From Schmidtea polychroa (Eukaryota), in NCBI GenBank assembly GCA_044892525.1, contig CM097885.1, positions 10,852,001 to 10,916,000 on the forward strand: a stretch of 64,000 nucleotides of DNA, read 5' to 3'. Below the pieces are notes generated by a model that was given only the letters and a program-made list of their open reading frames with translations, was not told the origin of the DNA and ran no database searches. Below, one piece after another: positions 25,783 through 51,853 of the stretch. Every line of letters begins with the position of its first letter. The stretch's first letter is position 1. A program made the translations under genes and the position numbers.

Positions 25783-28320
25783 TCCAAAAATTAATGTGCA
25801 GAATACAGTGAATATTCCATGACTTTATCAATAATGTCTCACAAATTACACGTACCCAATAATTATCGACATTTTTAATAAAATTTTAAAATCAGACATA
25901 ACATACCTATTTTAATCTTATTGTGCTCACCAATATGGGTCAAAGCCTTCGGTCTATAATGTTCTTGAGCTCAAATAAAGAGATGACGGGAAGTCTCTCC
26001 AATGTGTGTGACATTACACCCATTACATGTAAACTGATAAACGAGATCGGAACACAATTCGATCGGAGTTTTAGACTTATTAATGAACATATTGCATACT
26101 TTCCATAAAGTTGACACTATCCTATAGTTTAAATTCCCTAACTGCTTTCTTATCTTCACTTTATAATCCTTAAAACCTTCTGAGTACGGCAATACTAACA
26201 CAAATTTAGGCTCATCATCCTTGCTCACACTATTTAATTTATTTAACTCATCAAACTCACACACCTCAACAAAATCACACCAGATTTTCTCAAACATGGA
26301 TCCTTAGGATTTTTAAGAAATTTACAACAGTCTCTCTTACTATAATTAATGAAGAGGATTTTGAATAACCGTTCTTCATTAGCAATTCAACCAATTTGTT
26401 AACACTTTTTACTGAATTTTCAAAAGTAGAAGACAAAGACCATGAACGATAAATCAACCCCTTCACTATATTTCTTTTATACTTGAACTCACAAAAACTT
26501 TCGGATGAAGTATAGAGTACAGTTGGTTTTCTTTAAATCTCTGTCTCGTAGTGTTTCTCTTTGCGTCGTATTAGCAGATCCAAGAAAGCAAGTGATGATT
26601 TTTTCTCCGTTTCACATGTGAATACAATGTTGTTATGTAGACTATTCATATAATGCAAAAACGGATCAACATGGTTCTGATTTTCAAATATAAGAAAAAT
26701 ATCAACCACATACCGTTTATAAACAGTGGGTTTCATACATTGAAAAGATGCAATTTTCTTTTCTAAGCTTGTTAAAAAAATTGAATCCATTGTTGGTGCT
26801 AAAGGAGAACCCATATCAACTCCATATATTTGTTAATGCCATTCATTATTGAAAAGAAAATTGATTTTTGAAGTAGCAAATTCAAGAAGTTCACAAAATC
26901 CTCTTCTATCCTCAATATGATGTTCAGAAATGTTTTCATTCCATAAAAAGCAACATAATTCAATTGTTTCAACCAATGGTAAACAGACTACAAAAACAGA
27001 CTACATACGTCAAACGCAACCATAATTTCATCCAAACTTTGTCTATCGTATTGTGCAATGCAGGAAACCAATTAAAAACTATCTCAACATTCAAATTTTG
27101 ATCTTATTTATGGTTTTAATAATCCATCCAAAAATTTGGCTATTTTATACTGGGCAATACCAATCATGGATAAAACAGGTCTCATAGGCCTGCCATCTTC
27201 ATGGATTTTTGGAAGCCCAAATATATTTGCTTGTTGAGACCCCATTGGGTGAATAGATTTAAACAACTCTTCATCAATTTACTTATTTTTAATGAATTTA
27301 TTCAGTATTTCTTTCCACAAATTCTCATCCTTAAGAGGAGGCTGTATACCATTTTTTCGAGAAATCTCTATTTTCACAAACTGGGGAGCATGCAAAACAT
27401 CATTAAGCTTATTCACATATACATCGTGGTCGAGAATTACCAATCCACTCGCTTTGTCAAACTTGCATATATTGATGTCTTTTTTAGCTAAATATTTTAA
27501 TACAGTAAAATTTTTAATGTTCTGCTTTTTATTTTTATCAATATACTCCATCGTACTCGAACTCAACACACTCATCACATAATTAGTATTAATAACCTTC
27601 ATTGATCGGAGTATATGAAAGTATAAACTTTCAATCTTAGCACATAATTTTGTTTCATCAATTCTTTTCTTAATGGAAAGATTGGGACCAAATTTCAAAA
27701 TACGATCCTCCTCTTCAGACAAAACAACTTTACTCATGTTTATTAATGTATTCTCTACACTAAATTTAGAGATCCCAAATAATTTTCTCAATTTTTAAAA
27801 TTTTTTAATATGAGCATTCTTGTTTGATTTTAACTGAGAAATTGAATTTTTAATACACCATTCAACCCATACCTGCAAACAAAACTCATTTGTTATTTGA
27901 TTCAAAGTAAATCCAATATTTAATAGTTTTTTATCCAAGGATGTTCTCCTAAGCTTCTCTGATTACAACATTCTTCTTAACGTTCTTTTATGTTTTATTA
28001 TTGGCACATTGAAAGACAATCACTATGTTTCATTTTAAAAAAAGAACGAAGGAATCATATTTTCTTCTAGACAAGTTTCAAGAAAACAAATGTCTAATTC
28101 TTTTCTTCTAAGTGCATTATAAATCTTCAATAATCTTTTGAATAGTGAAACTGCAGAAACATGATTTTTGAATAAATAGTTAAACATGCATGGCAATGAT
28201 TTAATTATAAGATAACGCCATCAAGAATTCTTTTCACTATATATTTCGACAGTTTTCCTGTCATCATCAGGTGGGATATAATAACTATATAAATTAAGGA
28301 TTTTAAACAAATTTATTTAT
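25783..28320 (-). mobile_element. Degenerate Penelope-like retroelement (RT + GIY-YIG)
   Basis: MGSPLAP, YKRYVVDIF, FLDL (RT); LVYQFTCNGCNVTHIGETSRHL (GIY-YIG); multiple frameshifts. Confidence 0.9.
28235..28275 (-). ncRNA. Minimal hammerhead ribozyme at the Penelope 5' end
   Basis: Minus strand CAC-C-TGATGA-T-GACAG-GAAAA-CTGTC-GAAA-TATATA-GTG: CUGAUGA/GAAA core, 5-bp stem II, palindromic minimal stem III. Confidence 0.75.
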
Positions 28321-31300
28321 TTTAAAAAAATCTGGTCATGGAGATTGGTTAGAGGATGCAGAGGTTGAATGCCAATTTAATGATAGTTCTTGAAAACATT
28401 TTGAGGGAAGTATCTAGAAACTTGAAAATATTCGGTATAAAGAGTTTTGTACTATAAAGGATGACATAGTTTATTACTTTATTACAGTGGTCTTCAAACT
28501 GTGTTCTGTGGATTCTCAGGTTTCCTCGAGTCAAAACAAAAATTCAAAAAAAAATTATAGAGGAGACATGAATGTTTCTAGACGGTAAAACCTTTACTTT
28601 AAATGAGGAGGTAAAAATCATCTGGATCAGTTCTTTTTCAACAAAGTACAAATTTATGAGCATGGAAAATATTGGACCCAATTAAGCTTTTATGAAAATA
28701 AAAATACAAAAAAGAAAATAAGAAATGAGTTTCAATACGTCAGTTCATGTATAAAAGATCATATTTATCTTATGTTGGTCTTTTACGTCAGTACTATATA
28801 TTTGGATATAATGACGAATTAATAATCCAAACTTACGCCTCACATGTAAATGAACCGATGATCGAGTTTTAATAAATAGAAAATATTTGAGAAAATGATG
28901 TTTATTAGAGATATTATAATCAGATTTTATTTTTAAATTAAAATTACTGATTACAAAGAAATTAATGAGGAACTATTATTTTACGTTATTAAGTGTAGAT
29001 TTAAGCCAGCCATGGTCAACTACCTGACACAATTTTAAACATCAAATCAATAATTGTCTTTTTAGAATTCATATTCGAATTAAGCATGTTTTTAATTAAA
29101 AAAATTGATTCTAAGTTTACTTGAATCGTAAAAACGAGTTATATTTATTTAAATGAATTTATTGTAGCCCGTGATAGTATTTTTCCGAAAATTTGGCCCT
29201 TCGATTGATTTGGGTTGACCACCACTGATTAAAGCAAACCGTTATTTATTTCATTATTACATTAACAGCATCATCTCACTACACCTAATTCCAGATGTTA
29301 AAAGTCTCTATAATACACGTTGGTGTGTTCATCAGTCGATGACTCACCATTTATGAGAATGTGAAGTTATTTACTTCATTTCATTCATTCAATTTTAGAA
29401 GTAAGTTTTTTTAATTTAAGTAACTTTTAAGGTTTGAATTTTGATTTTATAAATTTATGAGATCACCATTCAAGCTTTTAAATGTTACTTGTAGTCAACA
29501 TTTTGATTATAAATTATTTTTAATTAATTTTCAGGATTTTTATAGGATTCTTATGAATATGAATTTATTTGGAATTATTTCAATAAAATGTAAGTTAGAT
29601 TAATATTTTTAACTATGAATAAATAAAGAAATCACCAAAAACATTTATTTTTTAAGACATTTAAGAAAGAAGTGGAGTATTTTTTTAAAGTTTTTGTAAT
29701 GTTCTTTATCCAGCTCATTTATATGGCAAATTTTGTCATTTTATGTAATTCTATGAAATTATTATTTTTTTATACAAGTTATAAAAATTTACGATTTTCA
29801 AATTTTTTTCCAGAAAAATATCTAAAAATCTAAAGAAATAATAACTTCAAAAATATTTTATAAATAGATTTTACGATGTTTTGTGGTCTTTTTGTCGAAA
29901 ACTCAAAGTAGAGTTGTCCGTTTGAAAATCCAAAATTTTTTCTGTCATGAATTTTAATAATTTAAAAATAATGATATGTTAACAATATGTTAATGACTTT
30001 CTACTTTCGGAATAAAAAAAGCTATATTAAATTTACGTGTATTTTATATTATGTGTGCTGTGTTTGTATGTAAAATTATTTTTCTGTCACTTTTTCAATT
30101 CCTATAATAAAACTTTTAACATTCGGAACATTAAATTTTTGCACACAGGTAAGCTTGTGTGTTGCTATAGTATAATTTTATCGATTTTTTTTAGATTATA
30201 GAAACTTTTATATTCTGGATTTAGGTGTATTGAATTTCATAGCCAGTGTGTATTTGTTTGCATACACGACGTAGTACTGTAATTACACACAATTTATTCA
30301 CAAATTTTGAATCTCAGTATTTAAAATTATATTTAAAATTATGTGTCAATAAATCTATAGTGTTGGCAGTTCATTAATTTGATATCCAATAACAGGATTG
30401 CAGACAGAATGTGAATAAGTATAACCTTTTGTCATTGAAAAATAAAACCCGACAATATCAAGACAAATAAATGACGCACTTATTCCTTTTTCTCCTCTCA
30501 CCAGTAAATATTTTGATTATATGACTGGTGATGGAGAAAGGAATAAATGTCAAATATATATAAGATATAAATAATGAAAAATATACACAACCGAGTGGTT
30601 ATGAAAAATTACTTTATAATAATTAAGAGTTAATTTAAAATATTTTTAAAACTAATTTTAATGAAAAATAATTTTAAAAAATTTAAAAAAAATATAAATA
30701 TAAATAGTTCAATTAAAAATATTTCACGGTAAAATATTGAGTTTTTTCTATAAACAAATTTCAAAAAATTCTATTTGTTCTGTCAAAAGCAAATAGCACC
30801 CCCCATTACGGCAGGAGCAGTTTCTAATTCATGAAATTATATAAAATACATAAACAAGAGAGTTGGTTAAAATTAATTCCATTAATTATTTAAAGGATTG
30901 AGTAAACTTAATTTTTCACAAATATTTAAAAAATGAGTTTTAATATTGTTTGGATTTTAATTTAAAAATGTTAGCAATTAAAACAAATTTCAAAGATTTA
31001 ATCTCGATTTCGAAATAATTCATTATGGTCATTATGCCATTAGACTTCTCTTGAAAATTTTGCATTTTCAATGAAATATTGGCATAATAAAACTATAAAA
31101 AACTGATAAATATCTTGGAAATATAACTGATTGGGCATAATAGTTTTTGATAGCTCGAAAAAATTTGATAAAGGTTTTTCAGAAAATTTAAAAAGCGATA
31201 TAAATGATGAAAATAATCTTTCAACGGATTCATGAAGCCTGTCATTTACTTATCTATGCATCATTTAAACAATGTCACTTTATCTCATTAAAGTAGGTAG

Positions 31301-32857
31301 TTAGTAGCCCCCTGCCGCACTTTCCCCTAGGGGGGGGGGGGTAGTGGCAACTCGTTTTTTTTGCTTTTTGATTACATAATTGCGGCAGTGGGCTACTCAT
31401 ATATTTTTCAATAGAAATAAAGGGGGCCTGTAGAAAAAAGCCAGGATTTCTCTGACTATAGTGAGGAGCTCTCGATGGAACCTGAGAATTTCAATAGGAA
31501 AGGATGGTCCTCGCTAAAAATTCCACGATTTCTCTGACTATAGTGAGGGGGTCTCCTTGGTCCTGGAATTTTCAATACATAAAGGAATCTTCACTAATAA
31601 AGCATGGTAAATAGGTAAATTATGGTATAAATTTTTAAATTAAAGTAATCAATGGGTTCAAATAGATAAATTAAGGTTCAAAATTTAAAATTACAGTAAA
31701 TTATGGGCTTTAATTTTGAATTACAATAAATTATGATTCAAATTTCAAAATTAAAGTAAATTATGGTGGTAATGACAAGCAAGGATTCCTAATGATGCAG
31801 AGTCTTAATAAACCCACGATTTAGAGGATCAAAGTGTTATAGAGAAAGAGAATCTAGTAAAGGAAAGAACATTTATGGTTGCATTGTTGACAATAACCTG
31901 TCAGTAATCAATTTGAGTTCTGAACAGAAAGGAATAAATGAAATTCCCAGATTAATAAATGTTGAAATGCCAAAAGGACTTGAACGAAAAGGAACATCTA
32001 AAATCCAAAAATCTTTTAGCTCAACTTCAATGGAACGATATCCAAACAACTTGATTTGACCTACATAAAAATACTAGTAATTTTACGTGAAAATCCTCAG
32101 CAGGGCGTGGCCAATCCATCTACTGATAATTTATATAAATTTGATGGAATGAGAAGAGGACTTGTGACTTTGTGTCCAGTGGAATATTTTGCTTAAAATT
32201 TTTATATAAATGTTTTTATTTAATTTTTTTTTATTTTTAAATTAATATTTATTTTTTGCCAAATATTTTTCTATCCGTATTTTTGCACTCAGGATTTTTT
32301 GATCGAATGTCAGTCTGAAACTCGACACTATAAGCAGAGGGTTTTTTAGTCTTGATAAAAACATTAGAATTTTTCTCTTTAAAAACCCTAAATAAAATAA
32401 AATCCTCAATTAAAAAAGCCTAAGAAATATTTCTCGCTATAAACACTAAAAATAGTTTTTAATGAAAAAGATCAGATAATTTTTAAAAAGCTTAAAATTT
32501 TCAATGAAAAACCTTTAAATATTTTTCATGATTAAAAATCAAAGTAATTTTTATGAATCAATAAGCTTCAATAATATTTAGACTTCGTAAATTCTATAAG
32601 CTTTCTAAACTCACTATAATTTGTTAATTCTGATTCCTTTCCTGTGTGCACGATGCGAGTAGTCGAGTTTTTGGACTTTTTATTGTAATTCATGTTTTTG
32701 ATTTCTCTTGGAATTTTGGTAGTTTTTCAAATGTCGGTTTTCTGGAATTTTCGATTTTCGGATTGGATTTGTATTTCTTTTTGATGAAAGTTGAATTTAA
32801 AAATTTTTTAAAACAAATAATAAAAGTTATAATATATATTAAATGAAATTATTAACG

Positions 32858-33105
32858 CTCGGGTGAGAAGTACTGCCTCATCCTCCATATTCTCCAGACT
32901 AAGCGCCTTCAGATTTCCACCTCTTTCGGTTACTTTTGATCGCTTTGCATGGAGTTTCATTCAAAAATGATGTGGAATTGGATTGGAGTTGATTAGACGA
33001 ATTTTCGAGTCGAATCCGGTAAAGTTTTATCGCCTAGGCATCGAAAAACTTATTGAACGTTGGGAAAGAATCGTAAGCAGCGGCGGAGAATATATTATTA
33101 ACTAA
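32858..33105 (+). mobile_element. Mariner transposase C-terminal relic
   Basis: LG*EVLPHPPYSPD*APSDFHLFR..GIEKLIERWERIVSSGGEYIIN, containing the mariner YSPDLAP motif with stops. Confidence 0.85.
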
Positions 33106-33519
33106 TTTATTGTTTTGTTAAAAAAAATTTTAAATTAAAAAAACTCCCATTACTTATTTTGGTAAAATATGTTGACAAAATTGTAAGTTTTCTTTTAAAA
33201 ATTTTGTAGGACAGTTTACTTAAAAATTCAATAAAAAAATTTTTTTTTAATTTAATTTTAGACAATTTGATGTATGGAAGAAAATATGTTGAAAGAAAAT
33301 TGTCTAAAATAAAATTTAAATGAATTAAAAATAGTCTGTAAAAACAATTTGTTTCAATTATGAAATGTTTGTGTGTAAAATTGGAAAAACCAATCAAATC
33401 ACGCGAAAACCATTTCTAAAAATAGAACAATTTTTATATCCTCTCAATTCTTATTGATCCATTTTTTATCTCAGTTTTCGCTGCACAATTTTCCATTTTT
33501 TAATTTTTTTTTGTAAAAA

Positions 33520-45534
<12,015 letters not shown>

Positions 45535-45629
45535 CTAGATTTTATAAACATTTTTTAAAATTAAATCATTTATACATATCATTTTTATATAAAATTGAAG
45601 TTATACTTTAATGTTCATATTGATTGCCA

Positions 45630-45698
<69 letters not shown>

Positions 45699-46558
45699 AA
45701 ATGATGATTTCTTGGTAGCAGCATTTATTAAGACAAATCAGAAGAGTTTCTTTGTAATTAATCGCATCACACGCTTTATTTGTGCAAAACCATTGTTTAT
45801 TAAACCATTTAACGGGTCCAATATCTTGAGATTGAGCCATGATTGAATTTGAAACATTGGATAATTGTTCAACACTTTGGCTAATAAACATTTGAATTGT
45901 GTTGATCCTTGTAAGAGCTCGATTAAATAGAATATCATATTCATAAGTTAGCAAGTTTATCTTTTTATCGCTCATGTCATAAATGGTTTCAGATAATTTA
46001 CGAATATTTTTAAATTTTTGGGGAAATTTCATAAAAATATCCTCTTCTGTCATTTCATGATTTACAGAAATTAAATCGTTGATTTCCAATCGTTTTGATA
46101 AACTTTGAGAAATTGAATTAAATCTTGATTATCTATGACATTTACATTACTTCCATTAATAATTTGCAACGATCTTTTTCAGCCACGATCACATGGACAA
46201 GTTTCACTGCTGAAAAGACATCTATTGGCTATATTGCTCATTGACATATCAAACATTCATTATCTTCCATATTTCACTAAGGCCGAAAATTCAAAACTTC
46301 ATATAAAAAACAATCTTTTAAACAATAATTCTCCTCTAGACAAAAATCAATTCATTTTAAATCTACAATTCCAGAAAACATAAATCGATTGATTCAGCCA
46401 AACAGTTTGTACTCTACCAATTAATATTTCTCGCGTTTGTGTGCGCACACTAACAAGACTCCGTCTAATCACACCGCGCACACAGACGCGACACAAAAAA
46501 TACCAAACAAACTGCCAGTCAGAAGTAAATGCAATTTCCCCTCTGACTGGTCGAAACA

Positions 46559-46710
<152 letters not shown>

Positions 46711-46727
46711 TGTTGTTATTTAAAACA

Positions 46728-46888
46728 ATAAAATGATAATTTAAGCCTTTTACTGCAAATAATGTATTTAATGAAAAAATTTTGACTATAAGATAGTCCT
46801 TGTCAATATTGACAAGGGCTATATTATAGTCGAAAATTTTTTCATTAAATACATTATTTGCAGCAAAAGGCTTAAATCATCATTTTAT
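46728..46888. repeat. 160-bp loop-less palindrome (MITE-like)
   Basis: Centre TGTCAATATTGACA; arms ATAAAATGAT..AAGCCTTTT / AAAAGGCTT..ATCATTTTAT; half copy at ~42557-42645. Confidence 0.8.
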
Positions 46889-48298
46889 ACTATTATTGTT
46901 ATTGTTATTATTATTATTAATATTATTATTATTGTTGAGCAAAATCTAAATTAAGACCCACTTAGCAGTAACATGATCGGAATGCGTCGGAAAATAGCAC
47001 GCAGACATAGCACTAAATAAAGTTAAAATAAAAACATGTAAAACATCATGTAAACACCATTAAAAGAACTTACACAACACAAAAATTAAACAAGAACAAG
47101 TAGTATAGCACGAAACAAACTAATCATAGAATATTCCAGAAAATAGGCATATCCATCAAAATTAATAAAAAAGATATAAAAAATAAAAATAACCCATAAA
47201 TTATAAAAAATCGTCATCAAAATTGATTTGTTTTACTGAATCAGTGCACGTACAGATACTCTCAGACCAAAATCAGACACTAAATACTGACACATTTTAG
47301 TCACAATTTAATGCTGAAATTTTGATAGACTAAGTTTTTCTGAGTTTGTGCCAGTTCGAAGAAATAAGAATTTGTATTAGTACTGGTGGGTTACGAGTGG
47401 GGAAAATCTTTCCCTTTTTGAAACTTATTTAACCATCTCTTTCACTCTATTCGCGTCCCCCCAGCAACCGCGCATAATTATTTTATTTGACCACTAAACA
47501 GCCGTTGCCAGGCCCCCTCCACACTTCGTCATCTTCTCACGAGCGACTTGACTCGCTAAGCCTGGCGAGCCACTTCTGTCATATAGCGCGCCACATCTTG
47601 GCGAAATTTTTCCATAGGGTTCATACTAATTATTTCTTAATTAAATTTAAGCATATAGTATTAAGCATAGCTTTGTCTTGAAATTCTTATAATTGGAAAG
47701 CTTTATTTTCTTCCGAATTCTGAGTTTGACCTATTTGAATGCTTTGATTTTCGATGTTTAATTTCTTATTTCTGATTTTCAAGGTTGTTGGTGCTTTCTG
47801 TTTTCCTTCGTTTGTGTTGATAATGACTTAAGTTTTAATGTTTTTGTCGTTTGGCTGTTGATTTGTCAGCACCTACACTCTATTTTTCTATTTCTATTTT
47901 GCATCTGTCAATATTTAGACATGCTTTTTTATCATATAATTTATATAATTTTCAACCCTGATTTCTTTAAATTCCTTTGGAGAAATTCACTCATTCTTTT
48001 CAACATTTGTTCTTCTCTTGGGTCTTTTTCCTTGATTCTTTTTCCAACAATTTTTTATGACTTTTGATTTTTGATTTTCTCCAATTTACCCATTTTTCCT
48101 TAATATGATTTTTATCCATCATTCATTTATTGGTCTGACTTCTTTAGCACTTTCTTGGTTTGGAATTATTATATTTTATTATCATTATTCTATTTAGCTT
48201 TTATTAGTTTTTTGTTTTAATCGATGATTGTTTTTTTTGACATTTTTGGTGTTTTTAACTAAATAATTATTGCATTTTCTGTTTTCAGCTTTAATTTA

Positions 48299-48639
48299 TG
48301 TAACAACGATTATGGGAAATTCAGATAATCGGCAGAGTCCTCAGATAGAGAAGACGAAACTGACAACATAAATTTGAGGAACAAAGTCAAGAACTGAAAA
48401 GGGAATTATAAAAGGAACTGAAGAGTTAAAAAAGGAGTATTAAAGGAGTTTCAATTAGAGAGTGGAATATAAAATAAAAAGGTAAAACTTATTTTTAAAT
48501 CGCACAAGGTCGAGACTTTCCAGAGCGAAGTTAGATCAAGAATTTTAAACAAAATTGTGGTTAACTAAAAGTTGTTATCATTTATTGAGAATTGTAAATT
48601 TGCTATAAACAAATATACGTTGGGAGTTTGTGTTTATCA
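48299..48639 (+). mobile_element. Solo LTR (341 bp)
   Basis: TGTAACA...TGTTTATCA termini, 5-bp TSD ATTTA, internal TATAAAA. Confidence 0.75.
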
Positions 48640-51600
48640 ATTTATGGGGCACATGGAGTCAGCGTAATCAACGGTCGACATTCTATTATCATAAAACCCA
48701 ACAGATATATTTACTAATTCATAGTCAAGCTTTTTAATAAATTCAATGTCAATGAAAAAGAAATCAGTGGTGAAATTTAAAAAAATGTTCTTATAAAAAC
48801 TAATTACCGGTTCAGACAATCATTTCAAATAAATAATCAGGCATATAGGCACATACATCTTTAATTTATGGCACGCGTTAAATGATCTTACAGGATTCTG
48901 ATAAAAATTGAGAAAATTCTATCAATTTACAAAACTAATTTTCTTCATCTTATTTAGTGAAAAAATTGCGAAGCTAGCGAATTGAATCATGATAATTAAT
49001 AACATCATCTTTGTCTACCTGCTGACGGTATACCCCTAATGACCTCTGCTAAAGAGTACATCTAGTTGAAATATGACATGGCCAATGTGCGCAGTCTTAA
49101 ACTTGAAGGACCATGGTTCCGGCCTGATCAAATGAAAGCCGCAAACCATAAATTAGAAGTCCAGATGTAGAATTAAAGGAATTAAATTAAAACTTGAGAA
49201 ACGTTCCTTAGACTAGTAGTTAAAATAGAGTCTATTACTCGCGACGCCTTTTAGAAATGAGACATCACCAACTTAAAAAATTGGGCTCGATCCTCGTCCC
49301 TACTTCCCCAGACTACTTCTGCGTCAACTTTCATGACCACGTATGCTGAACAGACAATGTCACAAAGGAAAGGGAAAAGAACCGGACTGCCCACCAATTC
49401 GCAGTAGAGTTCCTACAAAAACACCACCATAGGATATGATCTTACCATTAGTTGCTTTTAACTTAGTTTACTTAGTAATCCATGTGATGTAGTTCATTTA
49501 ATTTTTGTCTTTGTTTATTTTTCTTTGAACAATAAAATCTAAAAATATTATTTTTATTTCTTCATCAAGGAAATACTGAGGCCTGAGATATTAATTATAA
49601 AGTTACATTAGAATATCGATGGTTAAAGTAGTAAAGAATTGGATGAGGCACTCTTAATAAATTATAAGTTAGTGTCATCTATCAATATCTTGGATCCGAA
49701 GAATCCGCGAACTTAACATGCTAGAAGGTCCTCACCTTTATTTTCGGATTCCACCAAGATCACGCATTACCAGAGTCAATTCTGCTGGGATGGTTAGGAT
49801 TTATTGGATTTTGATTAACACTTTAGTGCCCAAATCCGTATTTAACGAATTTCACAACGTGCTACAACGCACACACTACAACTACTGAACTATTAGTCTC
49901 GACAGATGTGTATATCAGTTTGACGCTGCACACTAGAGTTGATGGATATGTCCTTTCCACACCATGTCCCATCCACACCAGTACCCCCCTAGAGATTTTT
50001 TTAAACTCGAAATTTTTTAACAGACAAGGAAAATATATATAGAAAAATATATATAGAAATATATAGAAATAATAAATATATAGAAATAATAAATATATAG
50101 AAAAAATGCATAGTTTTCATGGAAATGAACTCCAAAGTCTCTAACATCAACATCAAATGCCATAATTTAACATCATTCATATATTATCAAACATAGAAAA
50201 TCTTATATTATAGAAATAAAATCATATTCTTCAACACACGTTGGGACAATGAACAAAAGCTTTAATAAAATACTTGGAAAATTTTTAAAAATATGAAAGT
50301 ATTTTTAAGTGAAGGTCACACCACTTGACTTAGAAAAAATTTTGAAAAATAAAATGCCTGGATAAATTTGAAAATTTTAAGGTCACACAACTTAGAAATT
50401 GTTATATAAAAATACTTGGAAAAAATCAACAAATTACTAGAAAAAATCATATGGAATATTTACAAAATATTAAATAGAATATTTGAAAACAACAACAAAC
50501 CAGTAATTTGATGATCCATTTGTAGTTGTAATATTGAACGAATTGAAGCAGATATTTATACTAATTCCATTGTAAACAAAGTTTCAAGTGACAGACATGA
50601 TCAAAACGTGATCAACTAGTCCATTTTATGATAATTAACAAAGTCTGAAATGATTTATGGTATTCAAAGAAATGATTTTTAAATGTTATAGGTTAATTAA
50701 GGTAATATTATCACAAAACAAAAATAATTTATATTTTATTACAACAATACTTTTTTTGCAATTCCACACGTAATGCATGAATTATTTCTCTTTTCTGTAG
50801 ATTCACAAAACATGTACAACTATCATCCCCACAAGTATTCCGTATATTATTTTTACAAAAATCACAATTTTCAACATCATCAATATAGCACGTAATCGTA
50901 GAATGATCCATATGAATTAATTTCATGACATTTATTCCAGTTATTTTATTAATTTTGTAAAACACAACTTCTGGAGCACAATAAATTATGGAATTGTTCA
51001 AATTCGGATAAAAATCTTCAATTTTATCAATCAAACATTTTAGTATATAGTTTCTAAACAAAAATCAACAAATTTAAAATAAAAAAAAGTTACCATCATG
51101 TTCAGTTATTGTTGAATAAATATTCAAGCAAATCCTCGTTACTTATACTTGTAGAGATTGTTAAAGATCTAATCAAATTCTTAACATCGTTTATAATTTC
51201 TTCAACAATAGTATGAAAATCTAAAGTTTTAATACCTAGTACGATTATTTTACGACTCGAAAAAATATTTACACACAGTGGGTTATATTTTGTATAACGC
51301 AGAGCGGGGAATAATTTAGGTTCATATATTCAATCTCCATCTAATTACTTTGCTAAATTATACAAATTAATAGATTGTTCAACCTTGGTAGCTATAGTAA
51401 GACTTTGAACTTGACTATCTTTGATATTATATTGTAAATTCTCGAATTCAATAGGTTTCAACCCATTATACGACATTTACCATTTTGAAATCAATCATTA
51501 CTCTGTGCATTCTGAATTCAAAGCCGCTCATGTTAAAAGATTTAATCGAACCTTGAGAGATAAGCTGAAAAAATTGTTTTTGCATTAAGGTAATAAGACG

Positions 51601-51853
51601 TGGATAAATGTTTTGCCTAAAATTATATATGGTTATAATCATTCATCACAGCAAGGTTTGAAAGGTTTGAGACCTGTAGATATTTCTTCAAAACAATCTA
51701 TTGATTTACAGTTTTCTAAAAGGCTGAAAAATTAAAAAACCAAAATATAAAATTGGTGATCATGTTAGAATTAGTAGAATTAGTGCATCCCCATTCCTAA
51801 AATATTTTGATACAAACTGGAGTGATGAAGTCTTTGTAATTACGAAAATCAAT

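Noticed and set aside
45694..46383. 131-aa minus-strand ORF and upstream frames
   Set aside because: May be an exon of a host gene, but no recognisable domain or complete model could be built.
47380..48290. Possible retroelement fragment on the minus strand
   Set aside because: Compositional skew and a GC-richer patch only; no diagnostic motif.
50729..51061. Cys-rich 110-aa ORF upstream of the second Polinton integrase
   Set aside because: Possibly a Polinton accessory gene or host exon; no assignable motif and the element boundary is unknown.
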